From positions 224,001-288,000 of the forward strand of contig OY970280.1 in assembly GCA_963715865.1 (NCBI GenBank): a DNA stretch of 64,000 bases. Reading direction: 5' to 3'. The notes below the pieces were generated by a model. The model was not told where the DNA came from, did no database searches, and saw nothing but the letters and a program-made list of their open reading frames with translations. This document shows positions 50,062-60,461 of this stretch, piece by piece. How positions within the stretch are numbered: position 1 is the stretch's first letter; each line of letters starts with the position of its first letter. A program made the translations under genes and the position numbers. The DNA is from Candidatus Bathyarchaeota archaeon. GTDB taxonomy: Archaea > Thermoproteota > Bathyarchaeia > Bathyarchaeales > Bathycorpusculaceae.

Positions 50062-50318
50062 TTAACCGCATAGCTGAGCGTCGCTTTAAGCTTGGCTAAG
50101 CTCTCTCGGCGTGGGACTTTGTGCCCGGCCCACCGTGTCCCATGTTTGGGTGAACCCGCCATCACAGCAACGCAAGCTTTGTGTTTCTTGCAGCTTCCGT
50201 TGGGTCCGTCGGCATGGATTTATCCAGTGGGATAAAACATTACAGTAAACTGAAGAGTTAAATATTGCTATGAAAGAACGCAAATACAAGCCTGATTTTT
50301 AATCAACATTTGTTTTTG

Positions 50319-51998
50319 TTAACTTTTGGTCTTACTTTCCGTAGCCTCTGGGTGTAGCTCGAAGCCGCAGAATGGGCAGAAGTTTTTGGTCATATGAAGT
50401 TGGTTGCCGCAGTTAGGGCAGAACATAACTTTTGGTTGTTCAGCGTCTATTTGAGGAGAGGTTTCGGCTGCCATTTTGTATATCGGGCTTTTTGCTCCAC
50501 TGGGGGTCATCGACTGCTCTCTCGGGGGCATAGCCGGGGGTTCGTAAATCTGTGGCTGGATTAGTTCTTTTTTTCTGCGCTTGGCAATGATAACGGCAAT
50601 TGCAACTATCACTATAGCTATTGCCACTACAAGAACCACTAGAAGTATAGGTTGGTCTATAAGCTCGCTTAGGGGCGAAGTATTTGCTGTTGTTTGTGTC
50701 CACCACTGGTTTACTGAAGCTGGGTTGAACGTCGAAATGTCAGATTGCAAGTTTTGTTCGGTAAACCCGCTTTGTTGTCCTGACGGAAGCGTCAGCATCT
50801 GGTTACTCTGTATAGTTACTGTGTTGTTTGTGACGGGGTCAATGAATACTACTGGACCGCTAATAACTTGAACTGTGGTTGTTCCGTCGGAAGAAACATT
50901 CACAACGTACTCAGTGTTTTCACCTGCCAACGCTCCTTGAGGCACAGCTACTAGATGTGACACAGTTTCTTTGATGTATGCGACTCCATTGGGTATTAGA
51001 AAAGCTCCGCCTTCAACAAACAGTGAAACAGCTGCGGCTTGTCCAAGAGGTTCACTGAAAACCAGTACTGCAATTGCAATTTCTAACGGTATGGATATTC
51101 GCATTTCTTTTAATTGTTCTATGCCGTTTGGAAAAATAACCCCGCTTGTCACTGGGGGATAGATTGAGTATACAATTTGGTTATCGGGAGCAGGTTGCGA
51201 AGTAAGAGCTACCCACCCTGCATCACTATTTGCACCGAGATACACAGTTCCACCCTGATCAGGAGGGGTGAAAGCGACAATCGCGTTATCTCCAGTCAGA
51301 ATTTCTGTGCCACTGTATATTTGGCCTGAAGACAGTGATGTTTTCCCGTTCGCATCATTAGTCCACGCTGGTCCTTTGACTGATCCTATGTTACCAAAAT
51401 AGCGGTTTGTTGGCTGATTCGTCGTCGACGGAGTAGACGTGGGACTTAGAGTTGGCCCCGTGGTTGGTGAGCTAGTTCTCATTACAACTATGCCATTTTG
51501 ATTTGTTGTTTCGGAAGTTCCACTAAGTGTTGCGGTTATAATGTCGGTGGTGAATGTGCCGACTAAGTGTTCCTGAGTCAATTGGCTTCCTTGCTCATCA
51601 GCCGTAAAACTTGCACTTGAAACTGTTCCCGTAAATTCAATAGCGCCACCGCCTACAGGAGGAACGCCGGAAAAGCCGTATTCTTGCCAGTACGCGTTGT
51701 CTGTGACCCAACTTGTCGGGTTCAAATACAATATTATGGTTATTTGACTGCCCTGTTGAGTTATGTCCATAGCAAACGTGGCAGTTATATCGTTCATGCG
51801 AGTGCTCGAATCGGACGGATCCATGTCATAATACATGCCAGAGGCTGAGTTTTGCCAAGTTCCCGTTAAATCTCTAGCAGGGGTTAGCTGAGCATACAGC
51901 GGCGTTACCTGTGCTGCGGACAATAATAAAACGCAAATTAGTAGAGTAGCTGGTTTATTCAAAAAAAAGAATAAGTTGGTAACTTTTCCTTTTTGCAT
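50319..51998 (-). CDS. Exported/membrane protein with a C-terminal double-CxxC zinc ribbon
   Basis: Signal peptide, T/P linker, TM segment and CPNCG...CPFCG. Confidence 0.8.
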   Translation of the reverse strand: MQKGKVTNLFFFLNKPATLLICVLLLSAAQVTPLYAQLTPARDLTGTWQNSASGMYYDMDPSDSSTRMNDITATFAMDITQQGSQITIILYLNPTSWVTDNAYWQEYGFSGVPPVGGGAIEFTGTVSSASFTADEQGSQLTQEHLVGTFTTDIITATLSGTSETTNQNGIVVMRTSSPTTGPTLSPTSTPSTTNQPTNRYFGNIGSVKGPAWTNDANGKTSLSSGQIYSGTEILTGDNAIVAFTPPDQGGTVYLGANSDAGWVALTSQPAPDNQIVYSIYPPVTSGVIFPNGIEQLKEMRISIPLEIAIAVLVFSEPLGQAAAVSLFVEGGAFLIPNGVAYIKETVSHLVAVPQGALAGENTEYVVNVSSDGTTTVQVISGPVVFIDPVTNNTVTIQSNQMLTLPSGQQSGFTEQNLQSDISTFNPASVNQWWTQTTANTSPLSELIDQPILLVVLVVAIAIVIVAIAVIIAKRRKKELIQPQIYEPPAMPPREQSMTPSGAKSPIYKMAAETSPQIDAEQPKVMFCPNCGNQLHMTKNFCPFCGFELHPEATESKTKS

Positions 51999-52458
51999 GT
52001 GTGCTCGTTTTCCGCAGTGCGCTAAGCAACCTGCGGTCTTAATGTCTAGTGACGTAAATATAAGATTTATCCATAGAGCGGTATTGCCACAGGCAAGGGA
52101 TTCAGTGCAGACAAGAATTGCATCGTCATAAAAGCGACTGGTGACTTGGTGGCTTTATCCAAGTAGTGTTACAGATCAGTCAATTTCTTGTTTTTTATCC
52201 ATAATAGTTATAGGTTGAGTGTGAAATCAACATTTAATGGCAAGCTTAAGAAAATCCCACGTATGGCTCATAATTGCCCTAACTTTGCTAATCGTTTTGC
52301 CCATTTTTGCTCAGGCTATAACGAGTTACTCTGCAAGTTTTTAAGAATTGCGTAACTGCTGATTTGTTGAAGCCCGGAACAGTTTAGGGGTTAAGCACAG
52401 ACTTTGACGGGTAAAGATTTAAGTGTGACAATCATGCTTTATCAGCAAGGTGCATTAA

Positions 52459-52620
52459 ATGCCAACTCACGGTTCACTATCTAAAGCTGGAAAAGTCCGC
52501 TCTCAAACGCCGAAAATCCAGGCGCAGCAAAAAACAGCGCCAAGCCCAAAAAACCGAAACAGACGCAACTACGAGAAACGCGTGATTCTGCAACGGAAAC
52601 CTGGGCAAAACTGGATGTAA
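52459..52620 (+). CDS. rps30e: 30S ribosomal protein S30e, not in the ORF track
   Basis: [19 protein letters not shown]...RRNYEKR. Confidence 0.95.
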   Translation: MPTHGSLSKAGKVRSQTPKIQAQQKTAPSPKNRNRRNYEKRVILQRKPGQNWM

Positions 52621-52703
52621 GCGTAAAGCAAAACGTTTTTTTCAAGACTAAACAACTCTTTAACGTTAGTGTAGTTTATCTATCACTTAACTAAAATCAT
52701 ATT

Positions 52704-54320
52704 TTGGTACCTTCAACCTTGAAAGACAAAAACGCCTTACATGAAATCATAAACACTCTAATGGAAATGCCGAATCCGACGCGTGAAGAAGCAAACCGCC
52801 TAAAAATAAAAACCGCAGCCAAATACCAACTCCAAGAGGTACCGTCAAACGCTGATTTAATAAGCCTTTTAACGCCAAAAGAAACAAAGCGCCTTTTACC
52901 CATCTTGCGAAGAAAAACCACACGCACAATCTCAGGCGTAACAGTAGTCGCCACAATGACCAAGCCCTACCCATGCCCACAGCCAGAACCATGCGCTTAC
53001 TGCCCAGGAGGACCAACCCAAGGCTCTCCGCAAAGTTACACGGGACATGAACCAGCAGCTATGCGCGGAACCCAAAACAATTTCGACCCGTACCTGCAAG
53101 TCAGAAGCCGCATCGACCAACTCACAGCCATTGGGCACAAAGTAGACAAAATCGAGCTAATCATCATGGGAGGAACATTCCCCGCCACACCCATGCAGTA
53201 CCAAACATGGTTCATCCAACGCTGCCTAGACGCAATAACCGGCAAAGACTCAGCAAGCCTAGAAGAGGCAAAAGCAAACGCTGAAACAAGCAAAACCCGC
53301 AACGTAGGCATAACCGTAGAAACACGTCCAGACTGGGCAAAACAGCAACACGTTGACGCAATGCTTGACATGGGAGTAACACGCATCGAACTTGGCGTAC
53401 AAAACCCAGATGACGAAATCTACCGCTTAGTTGGCAGAACACATACTGTAGCCGACGTAGAAGAAGCAACACGCGCAGCAAAGGATTCAGGATTAAAAAT
53501 CGTTTACCACTTAATGCCTGGAATGCCAGGCTCCAACCCGCAAAAAGACATTGCCGCGTTCAAACGAGTTTTCACAGATTCAGCCTTCAAACCGGACATG
53601 ATAAAAATTTACCCGTGCCTGTGCATAGCAGGCACAAAAGCCTACGGCTGGTACCAAAAAGGCACATACAAACCTTACACAACAGAACAAGCCACAGAAC
53701 TCATCGCTGAAATCAAAAAATTCATCCCGCCATGGGTAAGAGTAATGCGTGTTCAACGCGACATTCCAGCAAGACTCATTTTGGCTGGCGTTAAAAAAAG
53801 CAACCTTCGCCAACTTGTCCATGAGCAACTCAAGGCGCAAGGCTACAAGTGCCAATGCATCCGATGCAGAGAAGTTGGACACCGAATGACAGTCGACCAC
53901 ATCAAACCAGACTTAGAAAAAGTAAAAATCCAATCCATCTGCTATGACGCTTCGGAAGGCAAGGAAATCTTCATTTCAGCCGAAGACCAAGAAAACAAAA
54001 TCCTAATAGGCTACTTACGCTTGCGCGTTCCCTCAGCAAAGGCTCATAGGCCAGAAATCACCGCTATGCCATCCGCCATTGTACGGGAACTTCACGTTTA
54101 CGGTCCACTCGTGCCAGTAGGAAAGCACTCTGCAGGCGCATGGCAGCATAAAGGTTTTGGCGCAGATTTGCTTAAAGAAGCGGAACGGTTGGCACGTGAG
54201 GATTATGATTTGAAAAAGCTTTTAGTTATAAGTGCGTTAGGAACAAGAAGGTATTACATGCGTTTCGGTTACGAGCGCGATGGAGTTTACGTATCCAAAA
54301 AACTGGAGAACCCACTATGA
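52704..54320 (+). CDS. elp3: Elp3 tRNA uridine(34) acetyltransferase (radical SAM plus GNAT)
   Basis: CAYCPGG, ETRPD, ELGVQ, HLMPG, RELHVYG and QHKGFG motifs. Confidence 0.95.
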   Translation: MVPSTLKDKNALHEIINTLMEMPNPTREEANRLKIKTAAKYQLQEVPSNADLISLLTPKETKRLLPILRRKTTRTISGVTVVATMTKPYPCPQPEPCAYCPGGPTQGSPQSYTGHEPAAMRGTQNNFDPYLQVRSRIDQLTAIGHKVDKIELIIMGGTFPATPMQYQTWFIQRCLDAITGKDSASLEEAKANAETSKTRNVGITVETRPDWAKQQHVDAMLDMGVTRIELGVQNPDDEIYRLVGRTHTVADVEEATRAAKDSGLKIVYHLMPGMPGSNPQKDIAAFKRVFTDSAFKPDMIKIYPCLCIAGTKAYGWYQKGTYKPYTTEQATELIAEIKKFIPPWVRVMRVQRDIPARLILAGVKKSNLRQLVHEQLKAQGYKCQCIRCREVGHRMTVDHIKPDLEKVKIQSICYDASEGKEIFISAEDQENKILIGYLRLRVPSAKAHRPEITAMPSAIVRELHVYGPLVPVGKHSAGAWQHKGFGADLLKEAERLAREDYDLKKLLVISALGTRRYYMRFGYERDGVYVSKKLENPL

Positions 54321-55678
54321 GTCAACTTGAAAATTCAGGTTACAAGGGCTCCGCATTAGAAGCCCTAAAAAAGGCAGACTGCGAAGTTGGCGACATCATA
54401 CGAGTCACCAGCAAAGGCAAAACCTACGAAGGCATCCTTATTCCACGCTCAGAACTAGGCGAAGGCACAAACGTCATCGTTAAAATGAAAAGCGGCTACA
54501 ACATAGGCATCCGCATAACACCAGACGTTAAAATTGAAAAAATTGGAAAAGGAACAAAACCCGCCTTTGCTTCGCCGCCCCTGCCAAAACAGAACCCAGC
54601 TTTGCCCCATGTTGTGATAATGAGCACTGGCGGAACAATCGCCAGCCGAGTTGACTACCGCACAGGAGCAGTACGCTCCGCGCTTTCCGCAAGCGACCTC
54701 TACGGTGTTGTTCCTGAACTTTCTGATGTTGCTCAGGTTGACACCGAGATTGTTTTTAGTTTATACAGTGAAAACATAACCCAAAAGCATTGGAAAGAAC
54801 TTGCAGAAACAGTAGCGAAGCGCATAGAAGCAGGCGTTGATGGCGTGGTGATTGCACATGGCACAGACACGATGGCTTACACTTCGGCTGCACTGAGCTT
54901 CGCACTGCAAAACCTGCCTGTTCCAGTAGTAGTTGTTGGCGCTCAACGTTCCTCTGACCGACCGAGCAGTGACGCAGCAACAAACCTGATTGGCGCAGTG
55001 AAAGCCGCTGGAGAGGCACCGTTCGCCGAAGTGGCCTTAGCCATGCATGAAAACGTTTCCGACACCGCTATTGCCCTTCACAGGGGAACAAAAGTCCGCA
55101 AATGCCACACAAGCCGAAGAGACACATTCAAATCCATCAACGGCTTCCCAATCGCAAGAGTAAAAGACCAACAAATAACCATGCTAACAAACGAGTACCA
55201 GCACCGCGACGCCTCAAAAAAGCTAATTCTCAAACCAAATTTCAGCGAAAAAGCCGCTTTAATCAAGTTTTACCCTGGGCTTGACCCAGCAATCATCGAC
55301 TATTATGTTGACAAAGGCGCAAAGGGCATTTTGCTTGAAGGTTCAGGTTTGGGTCACGTGAGCAAATACTGCTTTGACAGCATCAAAAATGCTGTGGCAA
55401 AAGGCGTCGTCGTTGCGTTGGCTTCCCAATGCATTTGGGGACGTGTCAACATGAACGTGTATGATACAGGCAGAGATTTGTTATCCTTCGGTGTAATCCC
55501 ATTGGATGACATGTTCCCTGAAACAGCACTTGTTAAACTCATGTGGGTTTTAGGACAAACCAAAGATGCAAAAGAAGCCATTAAGCTTCTGAAAACTAAC
55601 ATTGCAGGAGAATTCTCGCCGAGAACGCTTCCTCAAGAAAACATCTTTGAAGGAGGAGAAAAAACCGTTGGCAATTGA
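54317..55678 (+). CDS. gatD: Glu-tRNA(Gln) amidotransferase subunit D
   Basis: TGGTIASRVDY, HGTDT and QRSSDRPSSD motifs. Confidence 0.96.
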   Translation: MSQLENSGYKGSALEALKKADCEVGDIIRVTSKGKTYEGILIPRSELGEGTNVIVKMKSGYNIGIRITPDVKIEKIGKGTKPAFASPPLPKQNPALPHVVIMSTGGTIASRVDYRTGAVRSALSASDLYGVVPELSDVAQVDTEIVFSLYSENITQKHWKELAETVAKRIEAGVDGVVIAHGTDTMAYTSAALSFALQNLPVPVVVVGAQRSSDRPSSDAATNLIGAVKAAGEAPFAEVALAMHENVSDTAIALHRGTKVRKCHTSRRDTFKSINGFPIARVKDQQITMLTNEYQHRDASKKLILKPNFSEKAALIKFYPGLDPAIIDYYVDKGAKGILLEGSGLGHVSKYCFDSIKNAVAKGVVVALASQCIWGRVNMNVYDTGRDLLSFGVIPLDDMFPETALVKLMWVLGQTKDAKEAIKLLKTNIAGEFSPRTLPQENIFEGGEKTVGN

Positions 55679-57563
55679 CTACGCTAAAGTAGGGTTAAAA
55701 GTCGGTTTAGAAATTCACCAGCAATTAAACGCTAAAACAAAACTGTTCTGCAGTTGCCCATGTGAACTCTTTAAAGAAGAGCCAGAAATTACTTTTCTGC
55801 GCAGGCTGAGACCAACTCAAAGCGAACTAGGCCAAATTGACCCAGCAGCCTATTTTGAATTCCAAAAAGGCGTAAAAATCCTCTACGAAGCAAACAAAAC
55901 AAGCGCATGCCTTGTGGAAATGGATGAGGAACCGCCACACCCCATAAACATGGACGCTGTTGAGGTGGTTTTAACTGCTTCGTTAATGATGAATATGCAA
56001 CCGGTTGATGAAGTTCATGTTATGCGCAAAACCGTCATAGATGGCTCCAACACCACCGGTTTCCAGCGTACATGCATTATTGCATTGGATGGTTGGATTA
56101 AGGTCGGAGAAAAAACCATTCTAATCCAAGCGGCAAGCTTGGAAGAGGACGCAGCACGCAAAACAGGAACGCAAGACGAGGGGAAAACCATTCGTTACCG
56201 CATTGACCGTTTAGGAATACCGCTCATTGAAGTTGCAACTGCACCAGTAATCTACTCGCCAATGGAAGCGCAAGAAGTAGCGTTCGCCATCGGCAGGATT
56301 CTACGTGATACGGGCAAAGTCATGCGTGGTTTAGGCACGATACGTCAGGACTTGAACGTGTCCTTGCCAAATGGCGCTTTGATTGAGATTAAAGGTGTCC
56401 AAGAGCTTGAGTTGATTTCGAAAGTTGTGGAGTATGAGGTTCAACGCCAACTTGGGCTTATCGCCGTGAAGGAAGAACTGCAAAAAAGAGGCGTTAAAGC
56501 CGAGGACTTAAAAGGAGCCTTTGTTGACATCACAGAAGTTTTCAAGCAAACAAAATGCAAAGTCATCCGTAAAGCGGTAGATAAAAACCAGAAAGTCATG
56601 GCTGTTAAACTGCCAAAGTTCGGTGGACTCTTAAAACGTGAGCTTATGCCTGACTTTCGCGTTGGAACCGAGCTTTCGGACAGGGCAAAGTTCTGGGGCA
56701 GAGTTGGCGGAATATTCCACACTGACGAAATGCCAAATTACGGTATCACCGCTGAAGAAGTAGGCGCATTGCAAAAAGCGGTCGATGCAGGCGAATTGGA
56801 TGCTGTAGTTTTCGTGGCTGATACAGCAGAAAACGTTTTGGATGCCTTAAAAGCCGTTGTTGAACGTGCACAAGAAGCAGTTACAGGTGTTCCAGCTGAA
56901 ACTCGCACTGCAAAAGACGATGGAACAACACGGTACATGCGCCCAAGACCTGGCGCAGCAAGAATGTACCCTGAAACCGACATCCCGCCAACATTGATAA
57001 CTGACGAATTAGTAGAGAAAGTTCGGAAGAATTTGCCTGAACCTGCAGAAAAGAAACTCTCACGCTTGATTAAGCAGTACGGTTTGAATGAAAAGTTAGC
57101 CAAGCAACTTGCCGACTCAGAATATAACCTTCTTTTCGAAGACATAGCGAAGGAAACTGCCGTTCAAGCTTCAACAATTGCAGCGTTTTTAACTGAAACT
57201 TTAAAGGCTCTAAAACGAGAAGGAGTCCAAGTGGAGAAAGTCGAAGAAGACCAAATAAAAAGTATTTTCAAAGTTGTCGGTTCAGGAGAACTCGCCAAAG
57301 AAGCTGTAGCAGACGTTTTCAGTTGGCTTTCAAAGAACGAAGATAAAAGCGTGCAAGATGCTGTAGACGCTTTAGGCTTGAAAATGTACACCGAAACTGA
57401 ACTGGCGCCGATTGTTGACCGCGTGGTCGCAGCTAACAAGCAATCAGTTGACAAGACGGGTAAGAACGCTTACGGAATGCTTATGGGCGCTGTAATGAAG
57501 GAAGTCCGAGGAAAAGCTAATCCTGAATTAGTCGCCAAACTTTTAAGGGAACGCCTCAAATAA
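55668..57563 (+). CDS. gatE: Glu-tRNA(Gln) amidotransferase subunit E (start moved to TTG 55668 after a GGAGG SD)
   Basis: GLEIHQQL, DGSNTTGFQRT, RLGIPLIE and RMYPETD motifs. Confidence 0.95.
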   Translation: MAIDYAKVGLKVGLEIHQQLNAKTKLFCSCPCELFKEEPEITFLRRLRPTQSELGQIDPAAYFEFQKGVKILYEANKTSACLVEMDEEPPHPINMDAVEVVLTASLMMNMQPVDEVHVMRKTVIDGSNTTGFQRTCIIALDGWIKVGEKTILIQAASLEEDAARKTGTQDEGKTIRYRIDRLGIPLIEVATAPVIYSPMEAQEVAFAIGRILRDTGKVMRGLGTIRQDLNVSLPNGALIEIKGVQELELISKVVEYEVQRQLGLIAVKEELQKRGVKAEDLKGAFVDITEVFKQTKCKVIRKAVDKNQKVMAVKLPKFGGLLKRELMPDFRVGTELSDRAKFWGRVGGIFHTDEMPNYGITAEEVGALQKAVDAGELDAVVFVADTAENVLDALKAVVERAQEAVTGVPAETRTAKDDGTTRYMRPRPGAARMYPETDIPPTLITDELVEKVRKNLPEPAEKKLSRLIKQYGLNEKLAKQLADSEYNLLFEDIAKETAVQASTIAAFLTETLKALKREGVQVEKVEEDQIKSIFKVVGSGELAKEAVADVFSWLSKNEDKSVQDAVDALGLKMYTETELAPIVDRVVAANKQSVDKTGKNAYGMLMGAVMKEVRGKANPELVAKLLRERLK

Positions 57564-57652
57564 CCCTGTTTTTTCCTGCAAAAACCAGCGCTGAGACGCA
57601 AATCCTAAAAAGGCTTAACATAGCTTATAGCATAAAAGAGGCTTAACTCTTA

Positions 57653-58123
57653 ATGAAGCGCATTGAAGCACGCATAAAAACTCCTTTCGGAGAAGTCGTC
57701 ATCGAAGGCGAAAATCCCCAAGAAATCCTTGACATGCTTGAAACTATGCCAGAAAACTTTGTTGAGAAACTATCAGACTTTGTATCCAGCAGGCTAACAC
57801 CATCAGGAGCACAGTTAAAAGGCATCGTTGAACCCACAACCGCAGGCCCAGTAATAGTCACACGCGAAAACCTCACCCATTACGAAGCAGTAGGCTTAGT
57901 TCTATACGCTTCCGAAGAGCGAAAAAACACAGCAGCGCAAGTAACTAAGCTTTTGGAGTCCAGCGGAATAAAAAGCATGGTTCCCGCGCGATTGAATGAG
58001 ATGACTAAACGAGGGCAAGTGTTCAAGCCAGACCCGAATAAGCCGGAGTTCAAGCTTACAATTCAAGGAGAGAAATGGATTGAAGAAGAAGTTATCTCGA
58101 AGCTTAGAGGCAAAATGAGTTGA
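57653..58123 (+). CDS. Hypothetical protein with a winged-helix-like C-terminus
   Basis: 156-aa ORF; ARLNEM...G.V...........LT..GEKW pattern. Confidence 0.65.
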   Translation: MKRIEARIKTPFGEVVIEGENPQEILDMLETMPENFVEKLSDFVSSRLTPSGAQLKGIVEPTTAGPVIVTRENLTHYEAVGLVLYASEERKNTAAQVTKLLESSGIKSMVPARLNEMTKRGQVFKPDPNKPEFKLTIQGEKWIEEEVISKLRGKMS

Positions 58124-58632
58124 GCGAAAAACCAGAAAAAATCCAAGTTCAAATCAAATATAAAGAAATTGAGCAACAGTTTTCCGCTGACCCGCAAGAC
58201 GCATGGCTTCTGATAAACCAGTTCTTCAAAGACTTTATTCCCTCATTTGAAATTGCCCAAAAACTTTGGCTCAGCATCGACCTTCAACAACTCGCCAAAG
58301 ACCTAAATGGCATAGCGGCTTTTTCAACCGACGGGGCAAGCTTGCTGGTGCCTAAGAACAAGTTAACAGATAATGAGACTTTATCGATTTGGCTAACAGC
58401 CTATTACCTTGGGCATAAACTAGGCATGGTCAACAGCGATTCTCTATCGAAAGATGAGTTGCAGATGAAGCTTGGGAAAAGCGGCAAAATAACCAGCACA
58501 CGCTTAGGTGAGCTAGCTAAAAATGGCATTGTGCTGAAGACTGCTGACGAAAGGTTTAGAATAACAACCTATGGCGTTGTCCAAACGCAAAAAGAAATTA
58601 TTCCAAGAATCAAATCAAAAATTAACGCCTAA
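58120..58632 (+). CDS. Hypothetical protein with a winged-helix-like C-terminus
   Basis: STRLGEL...G.V.......RITTYG pattern; overlaps the previous gene. Confidence 0.65.
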   Translation: MSEKPEKIQVQIKYKEIEQQFSADPQDAWLLINQFFKDFIPSFEIAQKLWLSIDLQQLAKDLNGIAAFSTDGASLLVPKNKLTDNETLSIWLTAYYLGHKLGMVNSDSLSKDELQMKLGKSGKITSTRLGELAKNGIVLKTADERFRITTYGVVQTQKEIIPRIKSKINA

Positions 58633-58708
58633 ATTTTTTTCGGGCTTAACTGTATAGAAAAAATATATTACTTACTTGCTACACACTTTTTCTTGAGGTT
58701 CACTAAAA

Positions 58709-58963
58709 ATGAATTCTGCAATCTTAATGTCGATAATTTATTCTATTCTAAGCAGCTTGGGACTTCCCTCCGGATTTGACCTAACTTTCCTAATCATTCT
58801 AGTCATAATTGGCTTGATAATTGTAATTCTCATAAAGCTGTTTCTGGTTCTGATTCCTGCAATTCTCGTTGCTGTCGTCGTGTATTTCCTCACGGGCGAT
58901 CTCTTTTGGACTGGCATTGCCTTCTTAGTAGTTGCAGCCTTATCGATTCTATCCAAACTCTGA
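58709..58963 (+). CDS. Small membrane protein
   Basis: Almost entirely hydrophobic, about 3 TM segments. Confidence 0.65.
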   Translation: MNSAILMSIIYSILSSLGLPSGFDLTFLIILVIIGLIIVILIKLFLVLIPAILVAVVVYFLTGDLFWTGIAFLVVAALSILSKL

Positions 58964-59165
58964 AACACCACTAAAAATCATTTCTTTTCTTTTTATTTAA
59001 CCACTTAAGTTGACGAACGCTTTTCCTCACTTTATTCTCTAAAGAAGCCTGATTTTAGATCTTACAATCAAGGTCTTTTTATGTTCGGTTGCAGGTCTTT
59101 CATAAGACTTTTATATTGGGTAGGGGGTTTTGGATATTACAAGAATTGGACTAGGACACGGTAAT

Positions 59166-59408
59166 ATGATGGAACCAAGCAAGAAACCGTTGAACGTTCT
59201 CATAAAACAGTTGCACGGAAATATTGAAGTTGTTCTCAAAAATGGGTATGAATATAAGGGAAAAATGATAAAATGTGATGGGCACATGAATATTCTTCTT
59301 GAAGGCGCAAACGAATGCAAAGATGAGCAATTGATGACAAATTACGGCAATGTGCTGCTCCGCGGAAACAACATCCTCTACATTGTGCTAGACGCCGACA
59401 AGCATTAA
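59166..59408 (+). CDS. LSm/Sm-like RNA-binding protein
   Basis: V.LKNG..Y.G.M..CDGHMNI.L and LLRGNNI motifs. Confidence 0.92.
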   Translation: MMEPSKKPLNVLIKQLHGNIEVVLKNGYEYKGKMIKCDGHMNILLEGANECKDEQLMTNYGNVLLRGNNILYIVLDADKH

Positions 59409-60304
59409 ATAGCCAAGCTTCTGGCTTTTCCAGTTACGTAATCGCAGGCTTCCTTAGCCACCACTTTTACATTGAACTTGCGATTGAAAAAAGTAAGTAT
59501 ATTTTTAAGGTCGCGCTCAAGCAATTCCTCAGCATTCGCGTGATCAATCGTTACGTATTGTGGCCAGTCAATGATGAGGATGTGCCCATCAGGTTTTAGG
59601 ATGATGTTGTATTCGCTGAGGTCTGCGTGGATAACGTGCGCTTTCAAGTAAGTCTTCCTTACATTGCGCAGAACTTCTTTTAGGATTTTTTCAGGTTTTG
59701 GTATTTCTTTGTATTTGGATAATTCTGCTCCTTCAATCATTCCCATAGCTATTACATGCCTGTTTTGGCTTATGGGCTCTGGCACTGAAACGCCGTTTTT
59801 GTAAACAAGTTGCATTGCTTGGAACTCTTTCTCTGCTGCTAAATGCGATTGGAAAAGCCAAGTGGAGTGTTCTCTTGTGTAGCCTCTTTTTCTTCTTGTT
59901 TGCCTAAAGCTTATTCTTCCTATCCTGTGAAATTTTACTGCTATGCGTCTGCCGTCGGAGCTTAATGCGTCATAAACATCTGCTTCTTTTCCTACACCTA
60001 AGGTTTGCCCGAAAGATTCGATTACTCCTGCTTTGACAAGCGTGTTTATTGCTAAGCAATCGTAGCCTGCATAGTTCAATGTGTGCCCAATATAGGCTCC
60101 TTTTGTTTGGTAGATTAAGCCTAGCTTGTTTAGTTTGCTCAATGTAAAGTCTATGCGGTCCATGGGAAGTTTTGCGTATTTTTGTATTTGTTCTGTTGGT
60201 ACAAATTCGCGTTTGCTCATTGCTGCTTCGATAATGTTGAGTATTCTGAAATCTTCGCTTTCCAGTTTGCGGAATACTTGGACTGCTACTTCAGCACTTG
60301 ACAT
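59405..60304 (-). CDS. rio2: RIO2-type serine/threonine kinase with N-terminal winged helix
   Basis: GVGKEADVY, VKFHR, HADLSEYNI and IIDWPQ motifs. Confidence 0.92.
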   Translation of the reverse strand: MSSAEVAVQVFRKLESEDFRILNIIEAAMSKREFVPTEQIQKYAKLPMDRIDFTLSKLNKLGLIYQTKGAYIGHTLNYAGYDCLAINTLVKAGVIESFGQTLGVGKEADVYDALSSDGRRIAVKFHRIGRISFRQTRRKRGYTREHSTWLFQSHLAAEKEFQAMQLVYKNGVSVPEPISQNRHVIAMGMIEGAELSKYKEIPKPEKILKEVLRNVRKTYLKAHVIHADLSEYNIILKPDGHILIIDWPQYVTIDHANAEELLERDLKNILTFFNRKFNVKVVAKEACDYVTGKARSLAI

Positions 60305-60461
60305 ACCTATGATATAGGTTGCTTTTCACTATTAAGATTGTTTTTCCTATCATTATCAGAGTTTTTTGGGTTGGACTTATATGGGAGTATTATGTTTATG
60401 GTGCTATATGTCAAAACCGTCCATCATTTACATGTTTAATTGTAACACTAGGTTTTGAAAC

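Noticed and set aside
55602-55667. N-terminal extension of GatE in the ORF track
   Set aside because: It overlaps gatD; the GGAGG SD supports TTG at 55668 instead.
12261-57876. Many 60-190 aa ORFs nested in or antisense to large genes
   Set aside because: They overlap well-supported genes and lack motifs of their own.
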